A DNA stretch of 63,576 nt, counting the filler. It is 3 parts of 3 records of this genome, joined end to end, with 100 filler letters (N's around TTAATTAATTAA, not from the genome) between each part and the next. Parts side by side here need not be neighbours in the genome. Positions count along the whole stretch, not along the records: positions 27,608 to 57,863 come from SRR2962707_1432; 2 more parts are not named here. One strand, given 5' to 3'. Below the pieces are notes generated by a model that did not search any database, was not told where the DNA came from, and was given only the letters and a program-made list of their open reading frames with translations. Below, piece after piece: positions 48,250 to 57,539 of the stretch. The position numbers and the translations under genes are program-made. Within the stretch, counting starts at the first letter, position 1, and each line of letters opens with the position of its first letter.

Positions 48250-49714
48250 ATGGGACTGAATGATGTATGGATTTCTTGTGAATGCGGTGATCCTAATTGT
48301 TCTAGATATCAGTTAGATAAACTGGGAATGCACCCATTCTTTGTTCCCTTTGACAAAGCAATATATCAAAACGGGGGCGAAGCTAAGCAAGATCCAGTCT
48401 CCTCTTCCATCCCCTTTGGGATCGCGAAAAACTCATCTTGGGATTTTGATGGCGAAAGAACAGACTTGAATGATCTCTTTGCAGTTTTGTGGGGGATGTA
48501 CCTACGTTGCAGAGGGATCGCCAACGTCGCACTTTTTTCAGAACGCGGGTTCACCATCGAAACTGAAATCAGTGCTCGAGCAGTTATTCCTGTCGATTGG
48601 GGACAAATCTTCGATAGCTGGAATGTAGAGTCACAGAAACTGCTTCTTGGCGAAAACAAGTGTCCACATGCGTGCATTCATTCATGCCCTGTTCTACAAA
48701 GTGTCCAAATGTCCCAAATTGGCGCAGAGGAAACCTTTTGATTTGCCTCCTTGGTTCTCCTCGGTTCAGGAAATTGTGCCACTAGGAAATCGCGATACGT
48801 TTGAACTGCAAACGCGCCAGATGCCGCAATGGACGTGTTTGACCGCTATTGACCAAGGCTTGACTATTGCAGAATTCTCCGAAGCATCAGTTATACGGTT
48901 AAAGTCGCTGCTTGGAGGTAAAATGATGCGTTCCTTTAAGTCTGAGCAGCGGCTGTCTCTGCAGGACGATCAATTAACTAATTCGGTTGATCTATCTTTG
49001 GTCGCAAAAGTACAACACTTACTCGGTTGCATAGACCAAGAGAAGACCAAGACACCCTTTCTTGTCCCGATGGCATCACATCTTGTTGGCATTGGTCGAC
49101 GGTCATTAGTCTCCATAGGTGTCGAGTGTGGACGCGCTATTTTCAACGATGAGCGGATGAGAATAGAAAAAAAGCGTAAGCGCGAAGCAGATTTTTTCAT
49201 GACCGATGTAGCGTGTTTCTGGAATGATGATCTATCCGACGAACGGTTTGAGGAACTAATTGGCGAATTGATAAAAGCAGAAAGAGGAGTTGTTCGTGTT
49301 AGGCAGATTGGAAACACACGAGAAGCTGATGACGGTCGTGATTACATTGCTGAATGGATCACACCGCACCTCTCCAGTATTCTTGATACAGATATAACAA
49401 TCTCAGAAGAAATGCTTAGTCACGCAGTTGACATCATAGTTCAGGTTAAAATTAGAAAGAAGGGAGTGAATCGTAATGATGCAACAGGCCTTCGTGACAC
49501 AATTGAGCATCATGATTGCTCGGGCATGCTTTTCGTCGCTTTTCCGCACGTAACAACAACCTTAAACGATCACCTTCAGAAGATGCGAAAGCAGAGAAAA
49601 TGGTGGATTGACTGGTGGAACAAGGCGGATATTGAAGACCGGTTAAGACGCAATATAGATATAGCAAAAAGATATGAAGATCTGGTCGTTTTGAAGATTG
49701 CACCACATGTGTAA
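48250..49714 (+). pseudogene. Mrr-like PD-(D/E)xK restriction endonuclease-domain gene, probably split by a frameshift near 48640-48660 (ORFs 48250-48741 and 48647-49714)
   Basis: C-terminal LSDERFEELIGELI...ADDGRDYIA...IVQVK; the two ORFs overlap by 95 nt and the second has no evident SD. They could be two genes. Confidence 0.55.
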
Positions 49715-49763
49715 TGAGGTTTCCTCATTTTTTGTTGTTGACGATTCTGTCATTTGGCGTAGT

Positions 49764-49783
49764 ATGTACCGTGTGAGGTACAT
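49764..49783. promoter_or_regulatory. TA operator ATGTACC-N6-GGTACAT
   Basis: Perfect 7-bp arms 30 nt upstream of the toxin ATG. Confidence 0.65.
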
Positions 49784-49813
49784 CGTGTATCGTGATGAGG
49801 AAGAAGAGGATGC

Positions 49814-50155
49814 ATGAAAAAACTTCAGGCGCAGTTCTTCAGAACTCACGGAGGAACAGAGCCCGTAAGAGAGTTTCTCAAAGAGCTGGATCCCGCAGAC
49901 CGTAAACGTATCGGCGTTGACATTGCATCTGTTGAGTATGGCTGGCCCGTAGGGATGCCGACGTGCCGACCACTTGGAAATGGCCTCTGGGAAGTCCGCA
50001 CCGACATCTCGAATGGTAGAATTGTTCGCGTGATCTTTTGTATTTCCTTTGACTCGATGCTTCTGTTGCACGGCTTCATCAAGAAGACACAGAAGACGCC
50101 AAAGGCGGAGAAGGAGCTTGCGTTAGCCCGCAAGAAGGAGCTTGAGAATGAATAA
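49814..50155 (+). CDS. RelE/ParE-superfamily (Gp49/HigB-like) toxin
   Basis: EPVREFL, GWPVGMP, GLWEVR and LLHGFIKKTQKTP. Confidence 0.9.
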   Translation: MKKLQAQFFRTHGGTEPVREFLKELDPADRKRIGVDIASVEYGWPVGMPTCRPLGNGLWEVRTDISNGRIVRVIFCISFDSMLLLHGFIKKTQKTPKAEKELALARKKELENE

Positions 50156-50426
50156 ACATATCGGATCTTCATTTGATGACTTCCTCGAGGAAGATGGTAT
50201 CTGTGAGGAAGTAGAGAACGAAGCGGTCAAACGTGTGCTCGCTTGGCAACTGCGTCAGGAAATGGAAAAGCAGAACATTTCCAAAACGATGATGGCTCGT
50301 AAAATGAAAACCAGCAGAGCTCAACTTGATCGGTTGCTTGATGGATCGAACGATAAAGTACAGCTTGAAACGATAAAGCGAGGGGCAGAGGCAGTGGGCA
50401 GGAAGCTCCGACTTGAGTTGGCTTGA
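50148..50426 (+). CDS. XRE-family antitoxin
   Basis: MNKHIGSSFDDFLEEDG and HTH SKTMMARKMKTSRAQLDRLL; overlaps the toxin stop. Confidence 0.9.
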   Translation: MNKHIGSSFDDFLEEDGICEEVENEAVKRVLAWQLRQEMEKQNISKTMMARKMKTSRAQLDRLLDGSNDKVQLETIKRGAEAVGRKLRLELA

Positions 50427-50441
50427 TAGGCAAGGTGGTAG

Positions 50442-50684
50442 ATGGCAAACCCGATTGACGAGCTTTTTGCACGTGAGAGGCCAGACGTGAGAGAGCGGGC
50501 ACGTGCAGAAGCAAACGAGATACTTCGAGAAATCGGCGAAAGCCGTCGAACAGTGATCAAAGCGTCGGATCTTTCGGAAATAGAAATGAACCTGATCATG
50601 AACGTGCAGCCGGCCAAAGGTTCCGAGCAATATGATCACGAAGTGACGGATGCAGAGCATGAATCGAGGAACCGCAAATCCTGA
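50442..50684 (+). CDS. Small protein resembling fused antitoxin fragments
   Basis: 80 aa with SD AAGGTGG; N-terminus HigA-like, C-terminus Phd-like by eye. Confidence 0.5.
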   Translation: MANPIDELFARERPDVRERARAEANEILREIGESRRTVIKASDLSEIEMNLIMNVQPAKGSEQYDHEVTDAEHESRNRKS

Positions 50685-50850
50685 GCAGGCAGCGCGTGAA
50701 GCGTTGGCGCAGCAACTTGATCAGCTTGATATGGACATTCAGGCGGGTCGGATGACGACACTCCCAGCCGATCTGGAGAAACGCATGCGGAAGGCCGCTC
50801 GACAAAAAATTGATCTGAATGATGTCATTGAAGGAAATGTGAGCATGTGA
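50659..50850 (+). CDS. Small protein resembling the C-terminal half of a PrlF/SohA antitoxin
   Basis: LDQLDMDIQAG...LPADLEKRM...IDLNDVIEGNV; start could be ATG 50650 or 50659. Confidence 0.5.
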   Translation: MNRGTANPEQAAREALAQQLDQLDMDIQAGRMTTLPADLEKRMRKAARQKIDLNDVIEGNVSM

Positions 50851-50919
50851 GGTGCCACGCTTCGGTTTGATCATTGCTGCGGCTGCCCAGTTGGGGGCTT
50901 TCTCTTTTCAACTCTTCAG

Positions 50920-51897
50920 TCAGAGTGCAAGCCACACCAAAAGGCCAATGCCGATCAGGCTCGCTACCAGACGTACATAAAAACTGTCACGTAAGCACCT
51001 AGCCAGATGAGCGAAGGGAGTGCTCTGGATCTCGCGCAGCGTCTCTTCCAATCGTGTCGCACTTGATGTCAACGATCGCAGCCTATATTGACGTTCGGTC
51101 AGGACCCGGATATAGGCGCCAAGCGTGTCGCCCGCATTGGCGGGAAGCTGGTCGGGCAGGGTGCTCTCTGGCTCTTCAGTCTGGTAAGCATCTTTCTGAG
51201 TTGGCGGATTGCAGCTGATAAGAAGGCCGCCCAGAAATGCGTAGCGAACGGCATTCTCGTATAGCCAGGACATTTGCTGATCGAGATCCTGAAAGTGCCA
51301 GAAGGCAAGATCAATTTCCTGATCGAGCTGTTTGACATCGTGCCGGCACTTCTCATGAAAGCGATCAAGCGGATAGATCTTGATATTCTCACGCCACTTG
51401 TCCGGAAGACGCAGATCTTCGACCTTCATGGGCAGTGAATAGCTTCTGCTGACCTCTATATCTTCAAAACGAAAGCCACATGACTGCCAGAAGCGGTTGC
51501 GCCGCTCCTTGTTGTCAGGCGTCGCGTCCACATCCGAGATCATGATCGGATGAACAGCATGGTCGGGCCATTGTTGCGCCCATTCGATGCTCTGGCTGAT
51601 GATCCAACTGCCAATACGATAGCTGCGCATGGCTTCAGGCAGAACGATCTCCCCATTGCTGTAGGGGCCGGCAATGCGGACGGCGAGAACACTGCCTTCT
51701 GCAATGTCCAACCAGGTGCGTGAAATATCCGCACCATGCTGTGTCCCCCATCCTTGTTCGCGAAGATCGGTGAAATGGCGACATTTCAATACCAATTTAT
51801 CTTCTGATTGCCCCATCTGGGCAGCAACCCAGCGCTTGGCGGGTTTTTTCGGCTGCTGTGGATCGCGCACTTCAAGTATGAGTTCTTTGAGATGCAT
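50920..51897 (-). CDS. Putative GNAT-fold protein with coiled coil and C-terminal membrane anchor
   Basis: LPEAMRSYRIGSWIISQSIEWA and RRNRFWQSCGF resemble GNAT motifs A and B; hydrophobic tail LVASLIGIGLLVWLAL; start reassigned to MHLKE. Confidence 0.55.
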   Translation of the reverse strand: MHLKELILEVRDPQQPKKPAKRWVAAQMGQSEDKLVLKCRHFTDLREQGWGTQHGADISRTWLDIAEGSVLAVRIAGPYSNGEIVLPEAMRSYRIGSWIISQSIEWAQQWPDHAVHPIMISDVDATPDNKERRNRFWQSCGFRFEDIEVSRSYSLPMKVEDLRLPDKWRENIKIYPLDRFHEKCRHDVKQLDQEIDLAFWHFQDLDQQMSWLYENAVRYAFLGGLLISCNPPTQKDAYQTEEPESTLPDQLPANAGDTLGAYIRVLTERQYRLRSLTSSATRLEETLREIQSTPFAHLARCLRDSFYVRLVASLIGIGLLVWLAL

Positions 51898-51905
51898 CTT
51901 GGAAC

Positions 51906-52107
51906 TGTCAAATGACGCATAAAAATAGAATACTGTCAGAAATTGTTTCCCAGAATATTCTATCAAGCATATGATATATATAAGTTTATTTTGGAATACA
52001 GAAAGTTATAATTTTATATGTCGCTCAGTTTTATTGTTATGTGTCATGGACTTCGAAAATCCGCGATAAAAGTGGCTCGGTTTTATTGATTTATGCGTCA
52101 ATTCACA
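51906..52107. repeat. AT-rich 202-bp segment bounded by 18-bp TGT..ACA inverted repeats, with internal direct repeats
   Basis: TGTCAAATGACGCATAAA vs reverse-complement TGTGAATTGACGCATAAA (16/18); GTCGCTCAGTTTTATTG 52020-52036 vs GTGGCTCGGTTTTATTG 52072-52088 (15/17). Confidence 0.7.
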
Positions 52108-52125
52108 ATTAATAAAGGGAGAAGG

Positions 52126-52881
52126 ATGATGGATAGTATCTGGCTGGTCCTCGGTCTAGCGCTATTTCCCGCCTTGGGGAACTTTAGTGGTGGTCTTGCC
52201 GCGGAGGTATCTCGAGTCACAGGACGCCATCTCAACTACGCTCTTCATGGGGCCGCTGGCCTTGTAATTGCTGTAGTGGCTGTTGAAATCATGCCACGTG
52301 CACTAGATAACCTTTCAGGCTGGGTAATAGCCGTTGCTTTTGCATTGGGTGGTATCGCCTACACAGGTATCGAGAAGTTCGTGGAGTCTCTCTACACGCG
52401 ACGAGGCAAGCAGGAAGACAACAGTCAGACAAGTGTCTGGATGATCTATATCGCAGTGTCCATTGACCTGTTCAGTGATGGTCTTCTGATCGGAGCAGGG
52501 TCGGCAGTCTCGCCGTCGGTTGCAATAGTTCTTGCGACAGGACAAGTCCTCGCGGACGTTCCTGAAGGGTTCGCGACGATCGCCAACATGAAAGACAAAG
52601 GGATTTCCCGCAGCAAACGCCTGTTGATCTCTGCCTCCTTTGCAATTCCTGTACTCTCGGCGACCGTCTTCGCTTACTTCGTGCTCAGGAACCAATCAGA
52701 AGCGCTTAAACTAGCGGCATTGACGTTCACGGCAGGCCTTCTCACGATCGCTGCCATCGAGGACATGATATCCGAGGCTCACGGAAGCGGAGAAGATACC
52801 CACATCTCACCTTTGGCCTTCATCGGCGGCTTTGTCCTGTTCGTTCTGGTATCGGAGGGGTTGGGAAGCGTAATGCCATGA
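52126..52881 (+). CDS. ZIP/ZupT-like divalent metal transporter
   Basis: About 8 TM segments, AVVAVEIMP, IDLFSDGLLIG, LADVPEG and EDMISEAH. Confidence 0.8.
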   Translation: MMDSIWLVLGLALFPALGNFSGGLAAEVSRVTGRHLNYALHGAAGLVIAVVAVEIMPRALDNLSGWVIAVAFALGGIAYTGIEKFVESLYTRRGKQEDNSQTSVWMIYIAVSIDLFSDGLLIGAGSAVSPSVAIVLATGQVLADVPEGFATIANMKDKGISRSKRLLISASFAIPVLSATVFAYFVLRNQSEALKLAALTFTAGLLTIAAIEDMISEAHGSGEDTHISPLAFIGGFVLFVLVSEGLGSVMP

Positions 52882-53232
52882 AGCCAATGGCCTCATCTCT
52901 AACACAGCGACTGTCGGAACAGTCAAATGAAAAGCATTCCCCAGCTTACGCTTCAGCAAACGGCATCCTAACTACAAATGTTGTCATATACCAAAAAAGA
53001 TGACGCCCGTGTTCAAAGCTAATTGCCCGAAAACTCGCAAAACCTTGCCAAGGCACTTGTGGAGCAAGTCGATGCGGCAGGCAGGTTTACCGATATGATC
53101 TTCAATGACGTATAATCTGATCTTCCGCAGATGATTGCGGTTTGGGGCAAGTAACCTGAACAAGAAACTGCCCCACCTATTCTGTCTACTTTAATAGCGG
53201 CGGCTCTGACAGATTCTTCACCCGTCAGTGTA

Positions 53233-54074
53233 GGGCTTGTTGAGTATTGGGATTCACAAATCGGTTCGAATGTGATTCAAGCTTCCTTTTGAGGAGGTTT
53301 TGATGAATGAAGATCGGTTTGTGATCACGGATCGAATATGGGTGTTGATGGAACCACATTGCTTGGACAAGCCGACTGATCCCGGGCGTACCGGCGGTGA
53401 TTGTCGACTTTTTATGGAAGCGGTTTTGTGGGTTGCGCGCACGGATAGCCCATGGCGGGATTTACCAGAATGCTTTGGTAAGTGGAACACGGTGTTCAAG
53501 CGATTTCGCGAATGGGTCAAGCGCGATGTATTCTATCGTATGTTCAATGCCTTAAGCGGTGTACCGGACATTGAATACGCGATGATCGATGCCACAATCG
53601 TCAAGGTTCATCGTCATGGTCAAGGCTCAAAAGGGGGACTCAAAGCCAGGCTGTAGGCAAATCTAAAGGGGGCTGGACGACGAAAACCCTGGCGCTCACC
53701 GATGCGCTTGGCAATCTCGTTCGTTTTGAGCTTCTGCCCGGCAATCGCTACGACACAATTGGCGTTGAACCTCTGATCCACGGCATCGACTTCGGCGGCT
53801 TGCTGGCCGACAAGGCGTTCGACTGCAACTGGATTATAGATGAACTCAATGAACGCGGTGCCATGATTTGCATATCACAGCGCCCGCAGCGCCTCGAACC
53901 CGTGGAAATCGACCTTGAAGTGTACAAATGGCGGCATCCGATCGAAAACTTCTTTTGCAAACTCAAAGAGTTCAAACGCATCGCCATGCGGAGCGACAAG
54001 ACAGATGATAGCTTCTGCGCCATGATCTATGCTGTCGCTGCCATTATCAATGGACGGTGATACTCAACAAGCCC
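53233..54074 (+). mobile_element. IS5-family (IS427-group-like) insertion sequence, 842 bp
   Basis: Perfect 15-bp terminal IRs GGGCTTGTTGAGTAT / ATACTCAACAAGCCC flanked by TA on both sides. Confidence 0.92.
53303..54060 (+). CDS. IS5-family transposase, two ORFs joined by a -1 frameshift at AAAAGGGGG (53629-53637)
   Basis: OrfA has [14 protein letters not shown] and MIDAT; the -1 frame is open from the slip site: [10 protein letters not shown]...LADKAFD...[15 protein letters not shown]. Confidence 0.88.
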
Positions 54075-54289
54075 TAGTTTTTTTCCATGTATATTTTTTA
54101 CGTCTGCCAATGGCCGGGACTTTTGTCATCTGTGCAATAGCAGTCGTTATGGAAGCATTCGGCGACTTGTCATCAAAGATGATTGTGATTGCCGGGCATG
54201 CAATCGTCAATCTACTGCCTTTAAATGCTCTATCATGTGTTCGAGCCACGTCTGAATGCATGAAGGCGCTGTATTCGACAGTGAAAGGT

Positions 54290-55498
54290 TTAGATTTTCA
54301 CCAGCATTGCCGTTGCGTACATGAAGGCAACGCCAAAAATCAATCCGCTCAACACTGAAGGCGAATAAAGCGCTGCACTGCCGCGTCCGTTGCTTCTGGC
54401 CAGATAGGAACCGACCTCGATGATAACCTGCAAGATGGCACCCGCTCCGATGGACAGGGCGAGGGCCGACCATTGCGGTGCCGCTGCCAGACTTCCGATC
54501 CACAAACCAATGATTGCAGGTCCTCCTGCAAGAAGGGTAAGAGCCGGGAAAGTGATTAACGACGGTCGCTTTTTGAGAATGGGAGCCGCAATTCCAATGC
54601 CCTCCGTGATGTTATGGATGGCAAAACCCAAGATCAGGAACGTACCAAGCCCGGCCGAGCCAGCCGCAAAGGCGGCACCGATAGCCAAACCTTCTCCCAG
54701 ATTATGCAACCCGATCCCGAGAGCAATAAATGTGGCGAGAGCCAAACCCGTCGGCGCACCATGTCGTCGACCAACAGCCATAAGTATGAGAAAGCTTGCC
54801 GCCGAGGCGAAGACAACCATGATCTGCCCTTGGAAGATGGCAGCAGACTGACTGGCGAGTTCGAACGCTTCTCCTGCAGCGTCGATCATGAGGTAAGCAA
54901 GCAGGCCAACAGTCATGGCGAGCAGGAAGTTCATGCCCGGCTGGCCGACGCCGCGCAAGGCGGGATAGAACAGGAGGCCAATAGATACCGGCACGATACC
55001 GACGAAGACGCCAAGAAGGGTTTGGAAGAGCAACGTGCCATTACTCTGGGTTGGCGACGTCACCGCCACTGGGATCTCATGCTCGAATGTTGCCCCTGTA
55101 TTCGTAATTGTCTTGATCACATGCGCTTCTCCCTGAACCCAGGGATATGGCACATGAATCCATGCGCTCTGCCCCCGGCTCAAGGGTCCCGGAGGAGTCT
55201 GCTCGAATTGCCAATACGCATCATCCACAAGTACCTGAGCAATCATCATCGGATCAGAACCACTGGCGCGAACTCGAGTGGCAATGCCGTCCGAGGACAG
55301 AATTGTCCGCTCGAAGGTTAAATTCTCTACTGGTGGTACACCGTTGTCAAAACTGCCTAAAAGATCGCTCGTAACGAGCCATGCAATAGCGGCGGCAAGT
55401 GCTGCAAGTGGCAGGACCAGCCAGATCAGAGCCAGCTTGTTGCGAGGTGAAGCATCCCGAGCATCGATGTTTGGGGCTAAAGGGTCCGTGTCACTCAT
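54290..55498 (-). CDS. ZIP family metal transporter with N-terminal extracytoplasmic domain
   Basis: LHNLGEGLAIG and IHNITEG motifs; ATGA-coupled to the oxidase. Confidence 0.88.
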   Translation of the reverse strand: MSDTDPLAPNIDARDASPRNKLALIWLVLPLAALAAAIAWLVTSDLLGSFDNGVPPVENLTFERTILSSDGIATRVRASGSDPMMIAQVLVDDAYWQFEQTPPGPLSRGQSAWIHVPYPWVQGEAHVIKTITNTGATFEHEIPVAVTSPTQSNGTLLFQTLLGVFVGIVPVSIGLLFYPALRGVGQPGMNFLLAMTVGLLAYLMIDAAGEAFELASQSAAIFQGQIMVVFASAASFLILMAVGRRHGAPTGLALATFIALGIGLHNLGEGLAIGAAFAAGSAGLGTFLILGFAIHNITEGIGIAAPILKKRPSLITFPALTLLAGGPAIIGLWIGSLAAAPQWSALALSIGAGAILQVIIEVGSYLARSNGRGSAALYSPSVLSGLIFGVAFMYATAMLVKI

Positions 55499-56634
55499 GC
55501 TCTGGCCTCCTGAACATCAAAAAAGCTCATCCAGCCCAGTTCGGCGAACTCGGACTGGTGCGCATGAAACATGTAGAGCCCAGGCTCGTGATTCTCGAAC
55601 GAGAACTCGATAATGCCTCGCTGCCCCTGACACTGCATGACGGTATCAATCGTCAGTTGTGTCGGCGTTAGTGTGGTGCCGTGATCGAAATAGTTGAAGA
55701 AGTTCGCATGCAGGTGAAACGAGTTGATCGGATCGAATTCGACGAGATTGGCAAGGTAAATGCGGACCGGTCTGTCGCGTCTCACAGGGATAGGTCGCTT
55801 CACGTAGGCATGTGCAACAGTATTGACCGCGTAGACCTCGTTCTCGTCGTCAAAGTTGGTGTCGAAGGCATTCATTACCATTGCGAATTCCTGCCACTGA
55901 TTGTTCTCCTTTGTCCCTAGCAGTCTGGATCTGGCGATATCAGTATTTTCGGGATGTCGTCCCGGGTCAGGATCAATGATAAAGAGCCCGTAAAGCCCCT
56001 TATGGATGTGCCGTTTTAGGGGGAGTGCGTGGCAGTGATAGAGGTGGCAGCCGAACGGTTCGGCATCGAATTCATAGATAAACTCTTCTCCTGGGCCAAC
56101 CACTCCGGCCCCGGGCACACCGTCCATGCGAGCCGAATGAATCCCGTGGAAGTGGATCGAGTGCGGGTGAGAGCCATAGTTGCGGAAGATGACTCTGAGT
56201 CGCTCGCCTTCAGTTGCTCGCAATGCCGGACCTGGTACCCGGCCATTATATGTCCATGCGGGGAACATGACACCGGGAGCAATTTCGATCTCCTTGTCGA
56301 TGGCATCAATTTCGAAAGTACGCAGACGCCGTCCATCAGGTAGCTGCGAGATCGTTCCTGTATCCCAATCGGTAAGAAGTTTTGAGGTGTCGAAGCCATT
56401 GCGCACCTCGTCGACATCTCCAACGGTCATCATCGTTCCATGGTTAGTAGCATGGCCCGGCATTTCCGACATATTTCCGCTACCCAATCTGTCGCCATCA
56501 TGGTTCTTCGTGCCCTGTGATGTGTCCGATTGGCCAAGCGTCTCCCGAGCAGCCAAGGTCGCCCCCGCAGTTGCGATGATGCCAGCTCCGAGGAACCTCC
56601 GACGGTTAAGAACTACTGGTAGCCATCGACGCAT
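55495..56634 (-). CDS. Tat-exported two-domain multicopper oxidase
   Basis: NRRRFLG twin-arginine signal; HSIHFHG, YHCH, FHLH and FHAH copper motifs. Confidence 0.9.
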   Translation of the reverse strand: MRRWLPVVLNRRRFLGAGIIATAGATLAARETLGQSDTSQGTKNHDGDRLGSGNMSEMPGHATNHGTMMTVGDVDEVRNGFDTSKLLTDWDTGTISQLPDGRRLRTFEIDAIDKEIEIAPGVMFPAWTYNGRVPGPALRATEGERLRVIFRNYGSHPHSIHFHGIHSARMDGVPGAGVVGPGEEFIYEFDAEPFGCHLYHCHALPLKRHIHKGLYGLFIIDPDPGRHPENTDIARSRLLGTKENNQWQEFAMVMNAFDTNFDDENEVYAVNTVAHAYVKRPIPVRRDRPVRIYLANLVEFDPINSFHLHANFFNYFDHGTTLTPTQLTIDTVMQCQGQRGIIEFSFENHEPGLYMFHAHQSEFAELGWMSFFDVQEARA

Positions 56635-56684
56635 GAGAGTTTCCTTAATACAGGGGTTTCAATCAATAAAAGCACTTACTCTAT

Positions 56685-56704
56685 AATATAGCAATAGCTA
56701 TGTT
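56685..56704. promoter_or_regulatory. MntR box 1 (AATATAGC-AATA-GCTATGTT)
   Basis: Matches the ATAGC-N4-GCTAT core of enterobacterial MntR sites. Confidence 0.75.
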
Positions 56705-56757
56705 AAAACAGATCACCACGTCAGTTCCTGTTAAATCAGACAACAGTTTGCTGTATT

Positions 56758-56791
56758 GCAATAAGGTATAGCTTTAGCTATACCTTATTGC
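56758..56791. promoter_or_regulatory. MntR box 2 within a 34-bp palindrome
   Basis: GCAATAAGGTATAGCT-TT-AGCTATACCTTATTGC, perfect 16-bp arms. Confidence 0.8.
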
Positions 56792-56813
56792 TGATAACTA
56801 CCAAGGAAATCGC

Positions 56814-57269
56814 ATGCTTACCGATCAGACAGAAGAAGCGCCTTCGAGTGCCCTTGTTGATGAAAACGTACAAGTAGAGAGTTTTCGGCAAACGCGGAAT
56901 AGTCGCCGAAATGAATTGGTTGAGGACTATGTCGAACTGATTGCCGACCTGATAACTGATGGCGGAGAAGCTCGTCAGGTCGATATTGTTCGCAGGCTCG
57001 GCGTTGCGCAACCTACCGTTGCCAAAATGCTCAAGCGCCTCGCTTCTGACGGATATATCAAACAGAGACCCTACCGTGGTATCTTCCTGACAGCCCAAGG
57101 CCGCAAGCTCGCCCGACAAAGCCGGGAGCGCCATCAGATTGTCGAAAGTTTTCTTTGTGCCCTTGGTATTAGTGCGGAGACGGCTCGAATTGACGCTGAA
57201 GGTATGGAACACTATGCTAGCGAAGAAACCCTTCTGGTTTTTAGGGATTATCTGGCCAATCGGAAATAA
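56814..57269 (+). CDS. mntR: Manganese-binding DtxR-family regulator MntR
   Basis: [52 protein letters not shown] and DAEGMEH. Confidence 0.92.
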   Translation: MLTDQTEEAPSSALVDENVQVESFRQTRNSRRNELVEDYVELIADLITDGGEARQVDIVRRLGVAQPTVAKMLKRLASDGYIKQRPYRGIFLTAQGRKLARQSRERHQIVESFLCALGISAETARIDAEGMEHYASEETLLVFRDYLANRK

Positions 57270-57539
57270 ACGGCCTTAACAACAAAGGAAGGCACTTATT
57301 GCTTCCGAACCACGAACCTGCCAATGATGAGTAGACACAATGAGTTGTTCCTCTATCTGCCAGCGTAGTTTGCGGGCAATCTGTCGATAAATGTAGTGCG
57401 GTCATTTCCTCTTGAAGGTCGGGCAGCCCACTGACTTTCCCATCTGGACTATGCGCAGAGACATGTTCTTGATTGACAGAGGAATGTTCACGGGAATTTA
57501 TTATCGACAGATATTCATTCTTGGGATAAGACTATAAGT

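Larger units (their letters stand above)
28876..52107 (+). mobile_element. Tn7-like transposon / defence island (ends tentative)
   Basis: The tnsABC-tniQ core is secure. Candidate ends TGTAAACTGATCCATAAAAC (28876) and reverse-complement TGTGAATTGACGCATAAATC (52107) match at 15/20, but the flanking 5-mers (CATCT vs ATTAA) do not form a target duplication. Confidence 0.5.

Noticed and set aside
31664-52107. CRISPR-associated transposon
   Set aside because: No cas genes and no repeat-spacer array seen; the repeats found are 2-3 copy binding-site-like motifs.
28871-52112. Target-site duplication confirming the Tn7 ends
   Set aside because: The flanks CATCT (28871-28875), GGAAC (51901-51905) and ATTAA (52108-52112) do not match, so the ends remain tentative.
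52882-54289. A gene interrupted by the IS5 element
   Set aside because: Joining the flanks gave no recognisable protein on either strand.
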